Part shown: positions 26,761-35,424 of the stretch, piece after piece
Layout of the letters: each line of letters starts with the position of its first letter
Position numbering within the stretch: the stretch's first letter is position 1
Virus record (IMG/VR): IMGVR_UViG_3300036783_000149
Coordinates: 1-44,382 of that record
Source of the DNA: a virus
Lineage: Duplodnaviria; Caudoviricetes
Strand: one strand, 5' to 3'
Length of the DNA stretch: 44,382 bases
Notes under the pieces: generated by a model
The model's input: the letters and a program-made list of their open reading frames with translations, nothing else
Database searches by the model: none
Told to the model about the DNA's origin: nothing
Made by a program: the position numbers and the translations under genes

Positions 26761-27243
26761 TTACCCTTTCTTCGGTGGCAACATACCATCAAGAATGCGA
26801 CCAGCGAAATTGTGAATACCGGTCTTGTGTTCTACCAGAGCAATGATCGCTCCGTCAGAACGATTCCGTATGATGTTCCACTGACCGGATTCCATGTTGC
26901 CATCATTATCGATAGCAATGGCGAGCACCGCTTCAATACGGTTGGGCTGTTGTGATGGCGGGTCGAGCTTGGTGATGTCTACACCAGCCGGTACTTCGTG
27001 CAACCACACCTCGCCGCAGAACATGGCAGCGACCGCGCCCATTTCATGGGCTCTTCGCTTTACCTCGGCAACAGAGGCAAGCTTCTCTCTTTCATTACCC
27101 CATGGCGTGCCGATAACAATATCCCCTTTGTTATCGGGGGATACAAGGTGAAACATCGTCATTAGCTCCTCTTGCTTGTGCTCGATAAGCGAGAGGTGAG
27201 CCATCTTTTCGGCATTGGCAATTAACTGCTTCAGTATAGTCAT
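26761..27243 (-). CDS. Hypothetical protein
   Basis: E.W...PS..P.R.E motif; GAGGAG RBS. Confidence 0.7.
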   Translation of the reverse strand: MTILKQLIANAEKMAHLSLIEHKQEELMTMFHLVSPDNKGDIVIGTPWGNEREKLASVAEVKRRAHEMGAVAAMFCGEVWLHEVPAGVDITKLDPPSQQPNRIEAVLAIAIDNDGNMESGQWNIIRNRSDGAIIALVEHKTGIHNFAGRILDGMLPPKKG

Positions 27244-27322
27244 TTTCCGCTAACTCCTCAAATTGGCTGTCCCACAATGGGACAGGCTAGTACCTCCCCA
27301 CAAACAACAAGTGTATGTGGGG

Positions 27323-27405
27323 AGGTTCGCGCGGTGGTTTAGGTTCTCGCACTGCATGGGGCTCGCGCGGGCTATTTGGTTCTCGCGTGTGCTAGGGGCT
27401 CGCGT
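27323..27405 (-). repeat. Satellite TIGR-like mini-array (2 units)
   Basis: ggttcgcgc/gttctcgc/ggctcgcgc/gttctcgc/ggctcgcgt at 18-nt spacing; intergenic. Confidence 0.8.
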
Positions 27406-27407
27406 AA

Positions 27408-27929
27408 TTAGGCAGCTACCATCGCATCTCCAATCATTTCTTTCATCATTTGGCGATATCGGTTTCGACCTTCACCGATTGACATCCAATGCCATTCGTT
27501 GTCATCGTAGCTGGAGGCTTCGTTCTTTCCAACGCGCTCCACAACAAAGTCCAGCTTCAACGCAGAACACAATGCCTGAAACATATCAACCGCGTTGATC
27601 ACAGCAGCTTTGTCGGCATGCTGGTTGATCTTCTTCAAAGTCTTGTTCATGCGGTACGAGTCCCGTTGTCCAATATGGTGGACATCGTAATACCCCGGTT
27701 CATAACCGATAAGATCGGGATTAGGACCACTGCTGACAAAGCCACGCATCTTGAGTCGATCCAACTGCAAAGGTATAAGATGCTTTGGTCTGCCAATTTC
27801 GGTGAAGATACCATCGGAACAATTGCGCGGGGCGTGGTGGTTATCCTCGCGCCGCACCAGTTCCGCAACAAGATACTCGGCACCGTGAACGTTCTCACGG
27901 CGCAACAACAAACCGTAGGTATTAGTCAT
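27408..27929 (-). CDS. Hypothetical early protein
   Basis: AGGAGTAA RBS; 173 aa. Confidence 0.7.
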   Translation of the reverse strand: MTNTYGLLLRRENVHGAEYLVAELVRREDNHHAPRNCSDGIFTEIGRPKHLIPLQLDRLKMRGFVSSGPNPDLIGYEPGYYDVHHIGQRDSYRMNKTLKKINQHADKAAVINAVDMFQALCSALKLDFVVERVGKNEASSYDDNEWHWMSIGEGRNRYRQMMKEMIGDAMVAA

Positions 27930-27938
27930 TTCTTACTC

Positions 27939-28175
27939 CTATTTGAGGAATTTGGCTAGGGCGAAGGCTGCGGCAAACAATGCTCCACCAGATGTTATTC
28001 CACTAGCAAGTAGAACTAATGGTGCGTATCTGATTTCCTGCCGAAGCCTATATTGTTGTGTAGGCGCGAAGTTGATTTCCTGGCGCACACGATCATGCTG
28101 AGCAACTGTCAAATCGTGTTGGGCAAGCATCAAATCTATGTGCGCCAGTTTCTCGCGAAGAAGTACTTCGTCCAT
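27939..28175 (-). CDS. Coiled-coil protein with C-terminal membrane anchor
   Basis: Repeated RQEI.(F/Y)AP; hydrophobic C-terminus. Confidence 0.65.
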   Translation of the reverse strand: MDEVLLREKLAHIDLMLAQHDLTVAQHDRVRQEINFAPTQQYRLRQEIRYAPLVLLASGITSGGALFAAAFALAKFLK

Positions 28176-28180
28176 TTAGC

Positions 28181-28417
28181 TTATCTTCTCCTGGGCATTG
28201 AAGCATAGGCATTCATGATTTTGCCCGCTGCTTCTACTGCCGCAGGAAGCGGCAGTTTCATCTCGGCAACCCGGTCAAAACGCCAGTTGTCGCCTTGCTG
28301 TGTACCACTAACCGATTTCTTGTAGTAGTACACATGCGCGCCGCTATCTACCGGGACCACAATGGCTTTATGCATCCCGGCACTGGCCATAATCTCAATG
28401 TTCTTGCTCTTCGCCAT
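28181..28417 (-). CDS. Hypothetical early protein
   Basis: GAGGAG RBS. Confidence 0.65.
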   Translation of the reverse strand: MAKSKNIEIMASAGMHKAIVVPVDSGAHVYYYKKSVSGTQQGDNWRFDRVAEMKLPLPAAVEAAGKIMNAYASMPRRR

Positions 28418-28446
28418 TTTCCGCTAACTCCTCAAAACTTGAACCG

Positions 28447-28923
28447 CTAGAGCGACATATATAGCGGCTCGTTGGTATCGATGGACTGTTGCAGGATATC
28501 CAACAACTCCTTTCGGTGATTTTCGTAAAGCTGTTCCCAGCCGCCTTCGGGTTCTTTGTCGTTTTGCTGGGATGCCACCTCTTGCGAGCGGGTCAAATCC
28601 AATGGCGCATTTTCCACCATTGCTTTGAGTTTCATCGCCTTGGCAATTGGCAGATACCCGTTGTCATCCAACATTGGGATGACATCCCGCCACCATGACA
28701 TATCTTTGAGGTTGGCGAACAAGCCATAGCTGTTGTAGCTATCGCGGAAGTAGCCTTCACCAAACATCTTGTTGTAGGCTTCCATTACCTTTTCTTGTAA
28801 TTTGTCCGCTGTCTTGGAACCACGCGGATGGCGGTCCCGCGCCGCAACAGCATGCTTGAACTTGGGCTCCCACTCTTCTCGGCACTTGTTGCTGACTGAC
28901 TGAAGATATACATCCGCGCCCAT
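28447..28923 (-). CDS. Hypothetical early protein
   Basis: Start MGADVY with AGGAGTAA RBS; GYFRDSYN...SWW.D motif. Confidence 0.75.
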   Translation of the reverse strand: MGADVYLQSVSNKCREEWEPKFKHAVAARDRHPRGSKTADKLQEKVMEAYNKMFGEGYFRDSYNSYGLFANLKDMSWWRDVIPMLDDNGYLPIAKAMKLKAMVENAPLDLTRSQEVASQQNDKEPEGGWEQLYENHRKELLDILQQSIDTNEPLYMSL

Positions 28924-28924
28924 C

Positions 28925-29161
28925 TTACTTACTCCTATCAATAGTGGTGGTGTGTTGTACCGCTTGGAGAAATCCAAGCGTGTTGAGTGCTGTGACTGTT
29001 CCGACCATGACGCTGAACAAACCAAACACTACAATGACAATGCCCGTGAACATTGTCATTAGTGATGGTTTACTGTCAATTTTTGACTCGAGTCGTACTA
29101 TGTCAACTCGCAATTGTTGTAGATCGGTGTGAAGGGTTTCTAGTGTAACTCCTCCATTCAT
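28925..29161 (-). CDS. Small coiled-coil + transmembrane protein
   Basis: LRVDIVRLESKID followed by hydrophobic helix. Confidence 0.65.
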   Translation of the reverse strand: MNGGVTLETLHTDLQQLRVDIVRLESKIDSKPSLMTMFTGIVIVVFGLFSVMVGTVTALNTLGFLQAVQHTTTIDRSK

Positions 29162-29169
29162 ATTGACTC

Positions 29170-29361
29170 CTACAGATTGCCCATGAGGTTACCGTCTTCA
29201 TCATAGACGGCGATGACAGATTTACCGGACTTGGGCGAGGTAATAACCTCATAAGTCCAGCCATCCTCCTCCTGCGACTCCAACAAGGATGCGACACAAT
29301 TAGCGTCCTTAGCAGTGTTGTAGATCGTAGGAGGGTCTTCGGTAATAAGCGTGCCGCTCAT
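29170..29361 (-). CDS. Small hypothetical protein
   Basis: Start MSGT with AGGAG RBS; I.VYDEDG motif. Confidence 0.6.
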   Translation of the reverse strand: MSGTLITEDPPTIYNTAKDANCVASLLESQEEDGWTYEVITSPKSGKSVIAVYDEDGNLMGNL

Positions 29362-29363
29362 AG

Positions 29364-29540
29364 TTACTCCTGTGTTTTGAATTCTCCAACTGTGTTGCCA
29401 TTGCAATCTAACAGGATTCCATCACCTCCGGTCCATTCGTAGCGATCAGCAGCATCTCTCAGGATGCGAGCTACCTCGCCATTAAGATCACCTTCAAAAG
29501 CGTCATTGTCGCAATTGATGGTGAGTGTGAACTTTGCCAT
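29364..29540 (-). CDS. Small conserved phage protein
   Basis: MAKFTLTI..DNDAF...EVARILR..A...D.NGNTVG. Confidence 0.7.
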   Translation of the reverse strand: MAKFTLTINCDNDAFEGDLNGEVARILRDAADRYEWTGGDGILLDCNGNTVGEFKTQE

Positions 29541-29548
29541 TGTTACTC

Positions 29549-29668
29549 CTAACTGAAATGCAGGATTAGGATCACAAGTATGATCCATCCAATTGGGGTG
29601 CTTAGTAGATGGAATATCCCCTTTGCACCGAAGTACAAGAAGGCGATAAATCCAATGATACCAATCAC
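29549..29668 (-). CDS. Small membrane protein (39 aa)
   Basis: Read manually; GTG start with AGGAG RBS; almost entirely hydrophobic. Confidence 0.5.
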   Translation of the reverse strand: MIGIIGFIAFLYFGAKGIFHLLSTPIGWIILVILILHFS

Positions 29669-29871
29669 GGTTTCTCCTGCGGTTTGGGTTTCGATGCAAG
29701 CGCCCGCTGGGCTAACTCATAAGCACGAGTCACCTGGGCAAGGCTGCGCTTGGCAATCTTCGTCACGCGACCATCAGTCGGGCGAGGAAGTGTGTTGAGG
29801 TTGTAGAGCACCATGACGATGAACTGCGCCATATCAACACGGGTCATCTTGCCTCGGTACATTAGAGTCAA
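29665..29871 (-). CDS. Hypothetical protein
   Basis: AAGGAG RBS. Confidence 0.55.
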   Translation of the reverse strand: MTLMYRGKMTRVDMAQFIVMVLYNLNTLPRPTDGRVTKIAKRSLAQVTRAYELAQRALASKPKPQEKP

Positions 29872-29914
29872 TCTCCTTGGGGGTTATGATATATAGGGTC
29901 TTTTAGACCCTATT

Positions 29915-30223
29915 TCAAGTCATCTCCTTGAAGCCAATGTTGGCAACAACGTGGTGGGTGTTGCGCTCAACATCGTGAACGACATCACCAACCGACATGC
30001 TGGTATGATGCAGCCCCAGCCGTTCGATCAAGGGGCGAGCTTCACCATTGGGCGACCACACTTCACCTTGCATCCGGTAGAACACATCTTCCATGTGTTC
30101 CGCTTGGATCGATGTAACAAACGCGTGGGTGCGGTTCAGTTCGCGGATGGTTGGTATAACACTACCAAACCGAAGCTCGCGACCAAAGACCGGCAACACG
30201 TAGTAGATATCAAACTTTCTCAT
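29915..30223 (-). CDS. YodL-like domain protein
   Basis: E.VF...HTSMSVGDVV...GF motif. Confidence 0.65.
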   Translation of the reverse strand: MRKFDIYYVLPVFGRELRFGSVIPTIRELNRTHAFVTSIQAEHMEDVFYRMQGEVWSPNGEARPLIERLGLHHTSMSVGDVVHDVERNTHHVVANIGFKEMT

Positions 30224-30422
30224 TTGTGCTTACTCCTGTAAGAGCTAGAAGGTCTTCCTTCCACAACTCATCCATCAGACCTTCCATTTTACGAAGAAGG
30301 TCTTCTAGAAACCCTTTGTTGTGTTTGTTCCTGCGAAGCTGGCCAAGTCTTGCTCGGACGCTTTCATGCAACAACGCCACCTCCAAACCATTAAGCTCGG
30401 TTGTTACGGTTTTGATTGCCAT
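30210..30422 (-). CDS. Hypothetical protein
   Basis: Coupled ORF. Confidence 0.55.
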   Translation of the reverse strand: MAIKTVTTELNGLEVALLHESVRARLGQLRRNKHNKGFLEDLLRKMEGLMDELWKEDLLALTGVSTNEKV

Positions 30423-30433
30423 AACACCATCTC

Positions 30434-30664
30434 CTAGAAGAAGATTGAAAGCTCGCGACGGGTCTTGCGCTCCAATACGCTTATTACCGCATCGCGTACA
30501 TCAGTGTCCCAGACTTCGCCATGTTTTGTGGCGACTTTCTTGAACTCTGTATTTAACGCCTGATTGAATTCATCCGGCGAGGTTGAGATTGGCAGCTTAA
30601 GCAGACGCGCCACCATTTGGTCAACCGCGCGGTTGCCTGCTACCGTAAACATACCGTATTCCAT
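30434..30664 (-). CDS. Hypothetical protein
   Basis: YGMF...GN...H.EV.DT.VR motif; AGGAGTAA RBS. Confidence 0.65.
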   Translation of the reverse strand: MEYGMFTVAGNRAVDQMVARLLKLPISTSPDEFNQALNTEFKKVATKHGEVWDTDVRDAVISVLERKTRRELSIFF

Positions 30665-30689
30665 TGTATCTTACTCCTGGGGGTTTGGA

Positions 30690-31019
30690 TTAACGTAAAG
30701 CCGGATCGTTCACATTATCGAGGCGAAACTTCGCGACTGATACGACTTGCGAGGAAAAACGATCCGGGAAGTGTAATACCGCTTTCTCGCAAGTCCAATC
30801 AGACAAGCCCATTTCACACAGCTTGCGGAACCCGGATTGTATCGTCCCGCTTAATACAAGACGAGATATTCCCGGAACCGTTCCTAGATTCATGAGTGTT
30901 CTCATGTAGAAAATTGGAGTGGGATAACCCGCTTGTATTGACTGACGGATACCTTCTTCTATCAAAATATCGAGAAGGTCAGACGAACCCCGCATTTCCC
31001 TTAGCCATTGATCAAACAT
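30690..31019 (-). CDS. Hypothetical protein
   Basis: GF..L...G....T.E..VL....F......A..RL motif. Confidence 0.7.
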   Translation of the reverse strand: MFDQWLREMRGSSDLLDILIEEGIRQSIQAGYPTPIFYMRTLMNLGTVPGISRLVLSGTIQSGFRKLCEMGLSDWTCEKAVLHFPDRFSSQVVSVAKFRLDNVNDPALR

Positions 31020-31054
31020 CGCTAACTCCTCACATTACACATTCGATATGAATG

Positions 31055-31104
31055 CGCCTAGTAGCAGCCCGCTTTGTTGTTAATTATGCGGGCTGCATGA
31101 GGCG
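31055..31104. promoter_or_regulatory. Intergenic hairpin (processing site or terminator)
   Basis: cgcct...gcagcccgc / gcgggctgc...aggcg. Confidence 0.45.
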
Positions 31105-31111
31105 AACTCAA

Positions 31112-33529
31112 CTACTGCAAGATCACCGCCAACAACTCCACCGGCAACTGCCGGCGGTATTTGTTGCACAGTTTCTTGCCGGCCAACGCCTGCTTTTGAG
31201 ATAGCCGGGGAGCCGCTGCCAAGCTATGTCCAAAGTTGGTATCGAGTTTGTTGAACCCGGCACCATCCTCGGAGTAGGCACCATCACACCGGGCGGCAAG
31301 AAACTTGATCCCGGTATGAATGGCTTCGACTTGTGCGTCTGTCAGGGCATTGGGATCGATCGGCTTAGCAACAACCGGTGGCGGGCCTTTCACAACATCG
31401 ACTTTGGGAACAACCATTCCCTCGTCCAATGCCGAGTCGATCACTGCTTGTTTAGAAACAATGATCGCAGCCATCCGGCTATCAACACTGCCATCAAAGA
31501 CCAGATGTTGTACCAACACCGAGTCCTTTTGACCTATTCTGTGGCATCGATCTTCCGCCTGACTCACATTGCCGGGAACCCAATCGAGTTCCGCAAACAC
31601 AACATGGGACGCAGCGGTAAGCGTGATACCAACACCAGCAGCTTGAATGCTACCGATAAACAAACGGCATGATGGATCATTCTGGAAACGCTCCACTTCT
31701 GCCTGACGCTTGTTTACTGGAACTTCACCGGTAACAATGGCGCTACCGGGAAATGCCTCGGCGATAGCACGTCCTACATCGTGGTGATGTAGCATTACCA
31801 CTAACTTATTGTCACCATCCTCCAATACCTCATTGATGAAATCAACAACATACGGGATTTTGGCGACCGCAGTAGCATGCCGTACCGCAGACATATCCTC
31901 AAACGCGATCTTGGTGGCTCCCTTTAACTCCTCAACCGCGCGCTGATACAATTCCTTATCCGCTTCGGCTTGCGCCTTGTTCACAGCCGCTTCAAAATGC
32001 GCGATCTTGGCCAACTGCTCTTGAAACCGCTTCTCGGCGGCAATGGCTTTGACTGCCGCACCCGATGGAGTTAGGACAACAATCTGCCGGCGCTTGGCAG
32101 GAAGCTCGGTTAGTACATCCTGCTTCAACCGGCGCACCATGAAGTTGGCACGCAGCTTCATTTGTAGTTCGCCGAGATTAGAGTTCCCGGTAAAGTCCCA
32201 ACCATGCTTGCCTTGATAGGCCGCGCAATACCGTTTGGCATAGCCCATGAAATTGCGGCCAAGCCCCTGCGGATCGATGGCTTGTAGCAATGGCCACATT
32301 TCAATAGGCCGGTTCACGATTGGCGTACCAGTCATAAACACCTTGCGCTTTGCCGCAAGCGGTGCAATGCGGTCCTCCGGGTCTTTTGCCCATTTGCCCA
32401 ACAGGCATTGTGTGCGCTGCGCCTTCGGGTTCTTTACCTTGTGGGCCTCGTCAACTATTAATATTGACAAGTCAATCGTATCTATGATATCCCGCCAAGC
32501 AACGAGAATATCATAATTAACGATTAGGATAGCAACTTGGCTAGGCCCGCCCGTGTAAGTGACGCGACACTCCTTGCTGCCTTCAAGAGCATCGAAGAGG
32601 GAGCACAAATCTACCAAATCATCAGTGAACTTGGGATTGGTGTCCATACCTTTCGGTATCACTACAAAAGGCTGCGAGGATATACCCTGCGTTTGTACCG
32701 CAGAAGAACTCCGATCTTCTGTGTTCCTGATGATCCCTGTGTCTTGGCCTATATGGCGGGGATCATTGATGGGGAAGGTTCCATTGTCACCAATGGGAAC
32801 CGACATTGGCAAGTCTCCTTTGCTTCGACCGACAAAATCTTGGTTGATTTTTTCGACCGCTATGGAGGACTTTACCATACTAGGCTCGATTCCTCTCTTC
32901 GTGGAGGGACTATCCAATCCGTCAAAAGGCAATACCTTTGGCGAATTGGTAGAACTGTTGATGTTCTCAACTTTTTGCGAGCTATTCGCCCCTTTTTGGT
33001 TATTAAAACGGCGAAGGCTGATAGTGCTATTGCGGATTGCCTCGCTCGGCTTGCTCCCAAGGATGGCAATAGCTGAAGGACGGACCAGCCACTTGTTGAG
33101 TTCGTTCTGCCAATTGAGTTTCAAGGTAGCGGGACAAACAACTAGCACACTCTTGATGCTGGGATCGGCGTTGATAACGCCAATCGCTTCGATGGTTTTG
33201 CCAAGTCCCATCTCATCCGCGATCAAAGTGTTCCGCCGTTCCATTGCATAGGCAATGCCGGCTTTCTGGTAAGGCAGGTATTCAAGACCAGCCGGGGCCG
33301 GGATCGATATCGTGGCATTAGTAGCCTGCGAGGCTTCAACCTGCTTGGCGACATTGCCTGCCGCATCCGGGTCCAACTTTGCCGCCACCGCCGGGTCTTT
33401 GGTGTACCATACTTTGCGGTCACCATCGAACCAGAAGCCAAGGCTTTTAACAAAGTCCTTGGTTTCAAAATCGAAAGGAAAAGTGACAGTCCAAGTGTCA
33501 CCCTCTTTGTTGATATTAATCGGCTTCAT
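31112..33529 (-). CDS. SNF2/SMARCAL1-like helicase with an insert of about 175 aa formed by an antisense homing endonuclease gene
   Basis: HARP-like N-terminus; ADEMGLGKT, VDEAH, MTGTP, RRLK, GVGITLT, QAEDRCHRIGQ. Confidence 0.9.
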   Translation of the reverse strand: MKPININKEGDTWTVTFPFDFETKDFVKSLGFWFDGDRKVWYTKDPAVAAKLDPDAAGNVAKQVEASQATNATISIPAPAGLEYLPYQKAGIAYAMERRNTLIADEMGLGKTIEAIGVINADPSIKSVLVVCPATLKLNWQNELNKWLVRPSAIAILGSKPSEAIRNSTISLRRFNNQKGANSSQKVENINSSTNSPKVLPFDGLDSPSTKRGIEPSMVKSSIAVEKINQDFVGRSKGDLPMSVPIGDNGTFPINDPRHIGQDTGIIRNTEDRSSSAVQTQGISSQPFVVIPKGMDTNPKFTDDLVDLCSLFDALEGSKECRVTYTGGPSQVAILIVNYDILVAWRDIIDTIDLSILIVDEAHKVKNPKAQRTQCLLGKWAKDPEDRIAPLAAKRKVFMTGTPIVNRPIEMWPLLQAIDPQGLGRNFMGYAKRYCAAYQGKHGWDFTGNSNLGELQMKLRANFMVRRLKQDVLTELPAKRRQIVVLTPSGAAVKAIAAEKRFQEQLAKIAHFEAAVNKAQAEADKELYQRAVEELKGATKIAFEDMSAVRHATAVAKIPYVVDFINEVLEDGDNKLVVMLHHHDVGRAIAEAFPGSAIVTGEVPVNKRQAEVERFQNDPSCRLFIGSIQAAGVGITLTAASHVVFAELDWVPGNVSQAEDRCHRIGQKDSVLVQHLVFDGSVDSRMAAIIVSKQAVIDSALDEGMVVPKVDVVKGPPPVVAKPIDPNALTDAQVEAIHTGIKFLAARCDGAYSEDGAGFNKLDTNFGHSLAAAPRLSQKQALAGKKLCNKYRRQLPVELLAVILQ
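32537..33076 (+). CDS. LAGLIDADG homing endonuclease with N-terminal HTH, nested antisense in the helicase
   Basis: LAYMAGIIDGEGSI motif; Y.W.I; FL.AI.PFL..K..KA; TTG start with AGGA upstream. Confidence 0.85.
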   Translation: MARPARVSDATLLAAFKSIEEGAQIYQIISELGIGVHTFRYHYKRLRGYTLRLYRRRTPIFCVPDDPCVLAYMAGIIDGEGSIVTNGNRHWQVSFASTDKILVDFFDRYGGLYHTRLDSSLRGGTIQSVKRQYLWRIGRTVDVLNFLRAIRPFLVIKTAKADSAIADCLARLAPKDGNS

Positions 33530-33647
33530 TGTTCTTACTCCTCTTGCGGCGATATATCTTGCCGCTCGGTTTCACCTTGTGGCGCAGGACGCGGAGCGCC
33601 CTGGCTACAGGGTTCCGCTTAGTCAGTTTGGCTTTCATGTTCCTTTC

Positions 33648-33857
33648 CTAATTGGTGATCACTATGTTGTTGTAGTGATTCACCACTGCCTGAAGCTCAT
33701 GCTTGATCCGCATGAGTGTTTGGCGTTCGATGGGATCGCCACTGGTCCTGGCCAGTGTGTCAAGTTCCGTGGCGCGGTTTCTCAAATACGCGATGACATG
33801 CTTTCGCAAAGCATCGGCACTGATGTTTTTGAGATGGACGGGTTTCTTGCTTTGCAT
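33648..33857 (-). CDS. Hypothetical protein
   Basis: Start MQSKK; coupled. Confidence 0.55.
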   Translation of the reverse strand: MQSKKPVHLKNISADALRKHVIAYLRNRATELDTLARTSGDPIERQTLMRIKHELQAVVNHYNNIVITN

Positions 33858-34093
33858 CACTTCCCCTTTGCTACAAGCTCCTTGAGTCCGTCGAGCAGGT
33901 TTATCACATTGCTTACGGGTTTCCATTCAACAACACCACGCGCCTCGCGGCCATGTTGTTTGCAGTCATCGCAGAAACCGGATGCAAAGCCATTGGCCTT
34001 TGTTCCAATCCATGCCGCCGGTTTACCACATTCATGGTTGAATGTTCCGGCTTCTGCGTTGTGGCATTTACCGTCTTCGGCATAGGAATTCAT
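33857..34093 (-). CDS. Small Cys-rich protein
   Basis: CHN...ECG.PA...FCDDC; AGGAGG RBS. Confidence 0.65.
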   Translation of the reverse strand: MNSYAEDGKCHNAEAGTFNHECGKPAAWIGTKANGFASGFCDDCKQHGREARGVVEWKPVSNVINLLDGLKELVAKGK

Positions 34094-34102
34094 AGGTGCC
34101 TC

Positions 34103-34444
34103 CTAACAACGACCACGGAGAATACTAGAACAGTTCATCCAAAATCCGCGTTCTTCACAACGAAAGCCGCGCGGAACCCGTGGAACACAGTGCTTCTGCG
34201 CCCAACTATGTTCAGGCAACACCACTAGAAGGTTCATTGCCCCAAGCACTTCATCGTCTGGAATATTGCAGATTTCAATTGCGTCGGGGTCATCGTTGTT
34301 ACGAGCGCGTATTAAACACTCCATACCCTCTTTGTTTTCTTGGAGTTTAAACCAGCTAGTGGCTATTGGAACACCTTCGCTTTTAGCTGTTCCTGTTGTT
34401 GCCAACAAGGCTGTGAAGATGATTGCATATTTACGAATGTTCAT
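34103..34444 (-). CDS. Putative secreted Cys-rich protein
   Basis: MNIRKYAIIFTALLATTGTAKS signal peptide. Confidence 0.6.
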   Translation of the reverse strand: MNIRKYAIIFTALLATTGTAKSEGVPIATSWFKLQENKEGMECLIRARNNDDPDAIEICNIPDDEVLGAMNLLVVLPEHSWAQKHCVPRVPRGFRCEERGFWMNCSSILRGRC

Positions 34445-34500
34445 AACACTTACTCCACACAGAGAAGGCCGGATGCAGGATTGCACCCGGCTGTTTGTAG

Positions 34501-35382
34501 TTAAGCGGCCTCGGCCACCTCCTCTTCTTCTTCTTCCTTAGTGAGGAAGTCCAAAGCGGCTTGTGCTTTCGAGGCAGCGGTAAACACCGCTTTCTTGTCA
34601 CCCTTCAACACTTCCAGCCAATTATTGATATAGCTGGCGTGATCGGGGCGCGGCTCGTTAGCCAAGCCAAGATGCGCGCACAAGAATGCGCTACCAAGCT
34701 CGGCCACCAACTCCTCAAAAGCATAGGCATTGTCACCAAACCGCCGGCCAAACTCACGCGCACAGCGTGACTCGTGACCAGTCCAATGGACAGTTTCATG
34801 CCCGCGAGTCGCATAGTATGACTCGGCGTCCTTGAACTGCTTGAACTCGGGCAACACGATCTTGTCCTTGCTCGGCGCATAGAAAGCCCGGTTGCCACCG
34901 TGTTGAATATCGGCACCAAGAGCCTCAAAGAATGCCTCGGCATTCTCGATACGCTGCTCGATTGGCAACACCGGAATTTCCTTCGGTGTATAACCGTCAA
35001 CCTGAGCACTGTTGAAGACGTTGTAGTAACGCAGCATCATGCCCTTCTTGTCGGTTTCCTCACCGTTCTCATCTTTGAGTTTGTAGTTTGTCTGTTTCCA
35101 GAAAACTACCATGGTGCTTTTCTCGCCCTTACGGACGGTAGCACCCTTGGCTTGCCAAGCCTTGTACGTACCCCACACATTGGAGTCATACCCGGCATTC
35201 TGTGCGGCGATCATCAACAACCACACATTCATGCCGCGATAGCGGCGACCAGTGGTAATATTGATGGGATCGACATTCATGCCGCCGCTAACATTGTGCC
35301 ACGGCATTACCCATTTACCGGCACCGGCTTCAATCGACCTGATAATATGGTCGGTGACGGTTTGGGCGATATCAAAGGCCAT
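34501..35382 (-). CDS. ardC: ArdC-family antirestriction protein (ssDNA-binding + zincin-like)
   Basis: W.MPW, Y.G.N, W.TY, V.KGEK, VFN..Q, AFY.P..D.I, HE..HWTGH..R, YAFEELVAELGSAFL, HASYI..W. Confidence 0.92.
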   Translation of the reverse strand: MAFDIAQTVTDHIIRSIEAGAGKWVMPWHNVSGGMNVDPINITTGRRYRGMNVWLLMIAAQNAGYDSNVWGTYKAWQAKGATVRKGEKSTMVVFWKQTNYKLKDENGEETDKKGMMLRYYNVFNSAQVDGYTPKEIPVLPIEQRIENAEAFFEALGADIQHGGNRAFYAPSKDKIVLPEFKQFKDAESYYATRGHETVHWTGHESRCAREFGRRFGDNAYAFEELVAELGSAFLCAHLGLANEPRPDHASYINNWLEVLKGDKKAVFTAASKAQAALDFLTKEEEEEEVAEAA

Positions 35383-35424
35383 TTCACTTACTCCTTGAAT
35401 TTGGATGTAGAAGGGTGGGGGGTA

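Noticed and set aside
29999-30014. Possible self-target of the duplicated guide (gctggtatgatgcagc)
   Set aside because: Needs overlapping half-sites, the opposite join order and several mismatches; likely chance
32530-33070. Intein or group I intron in the helicase
   Set aside because: No intein splice residues in the helicase frame; the endonuclease is on the opposite strand and fills the whole insert
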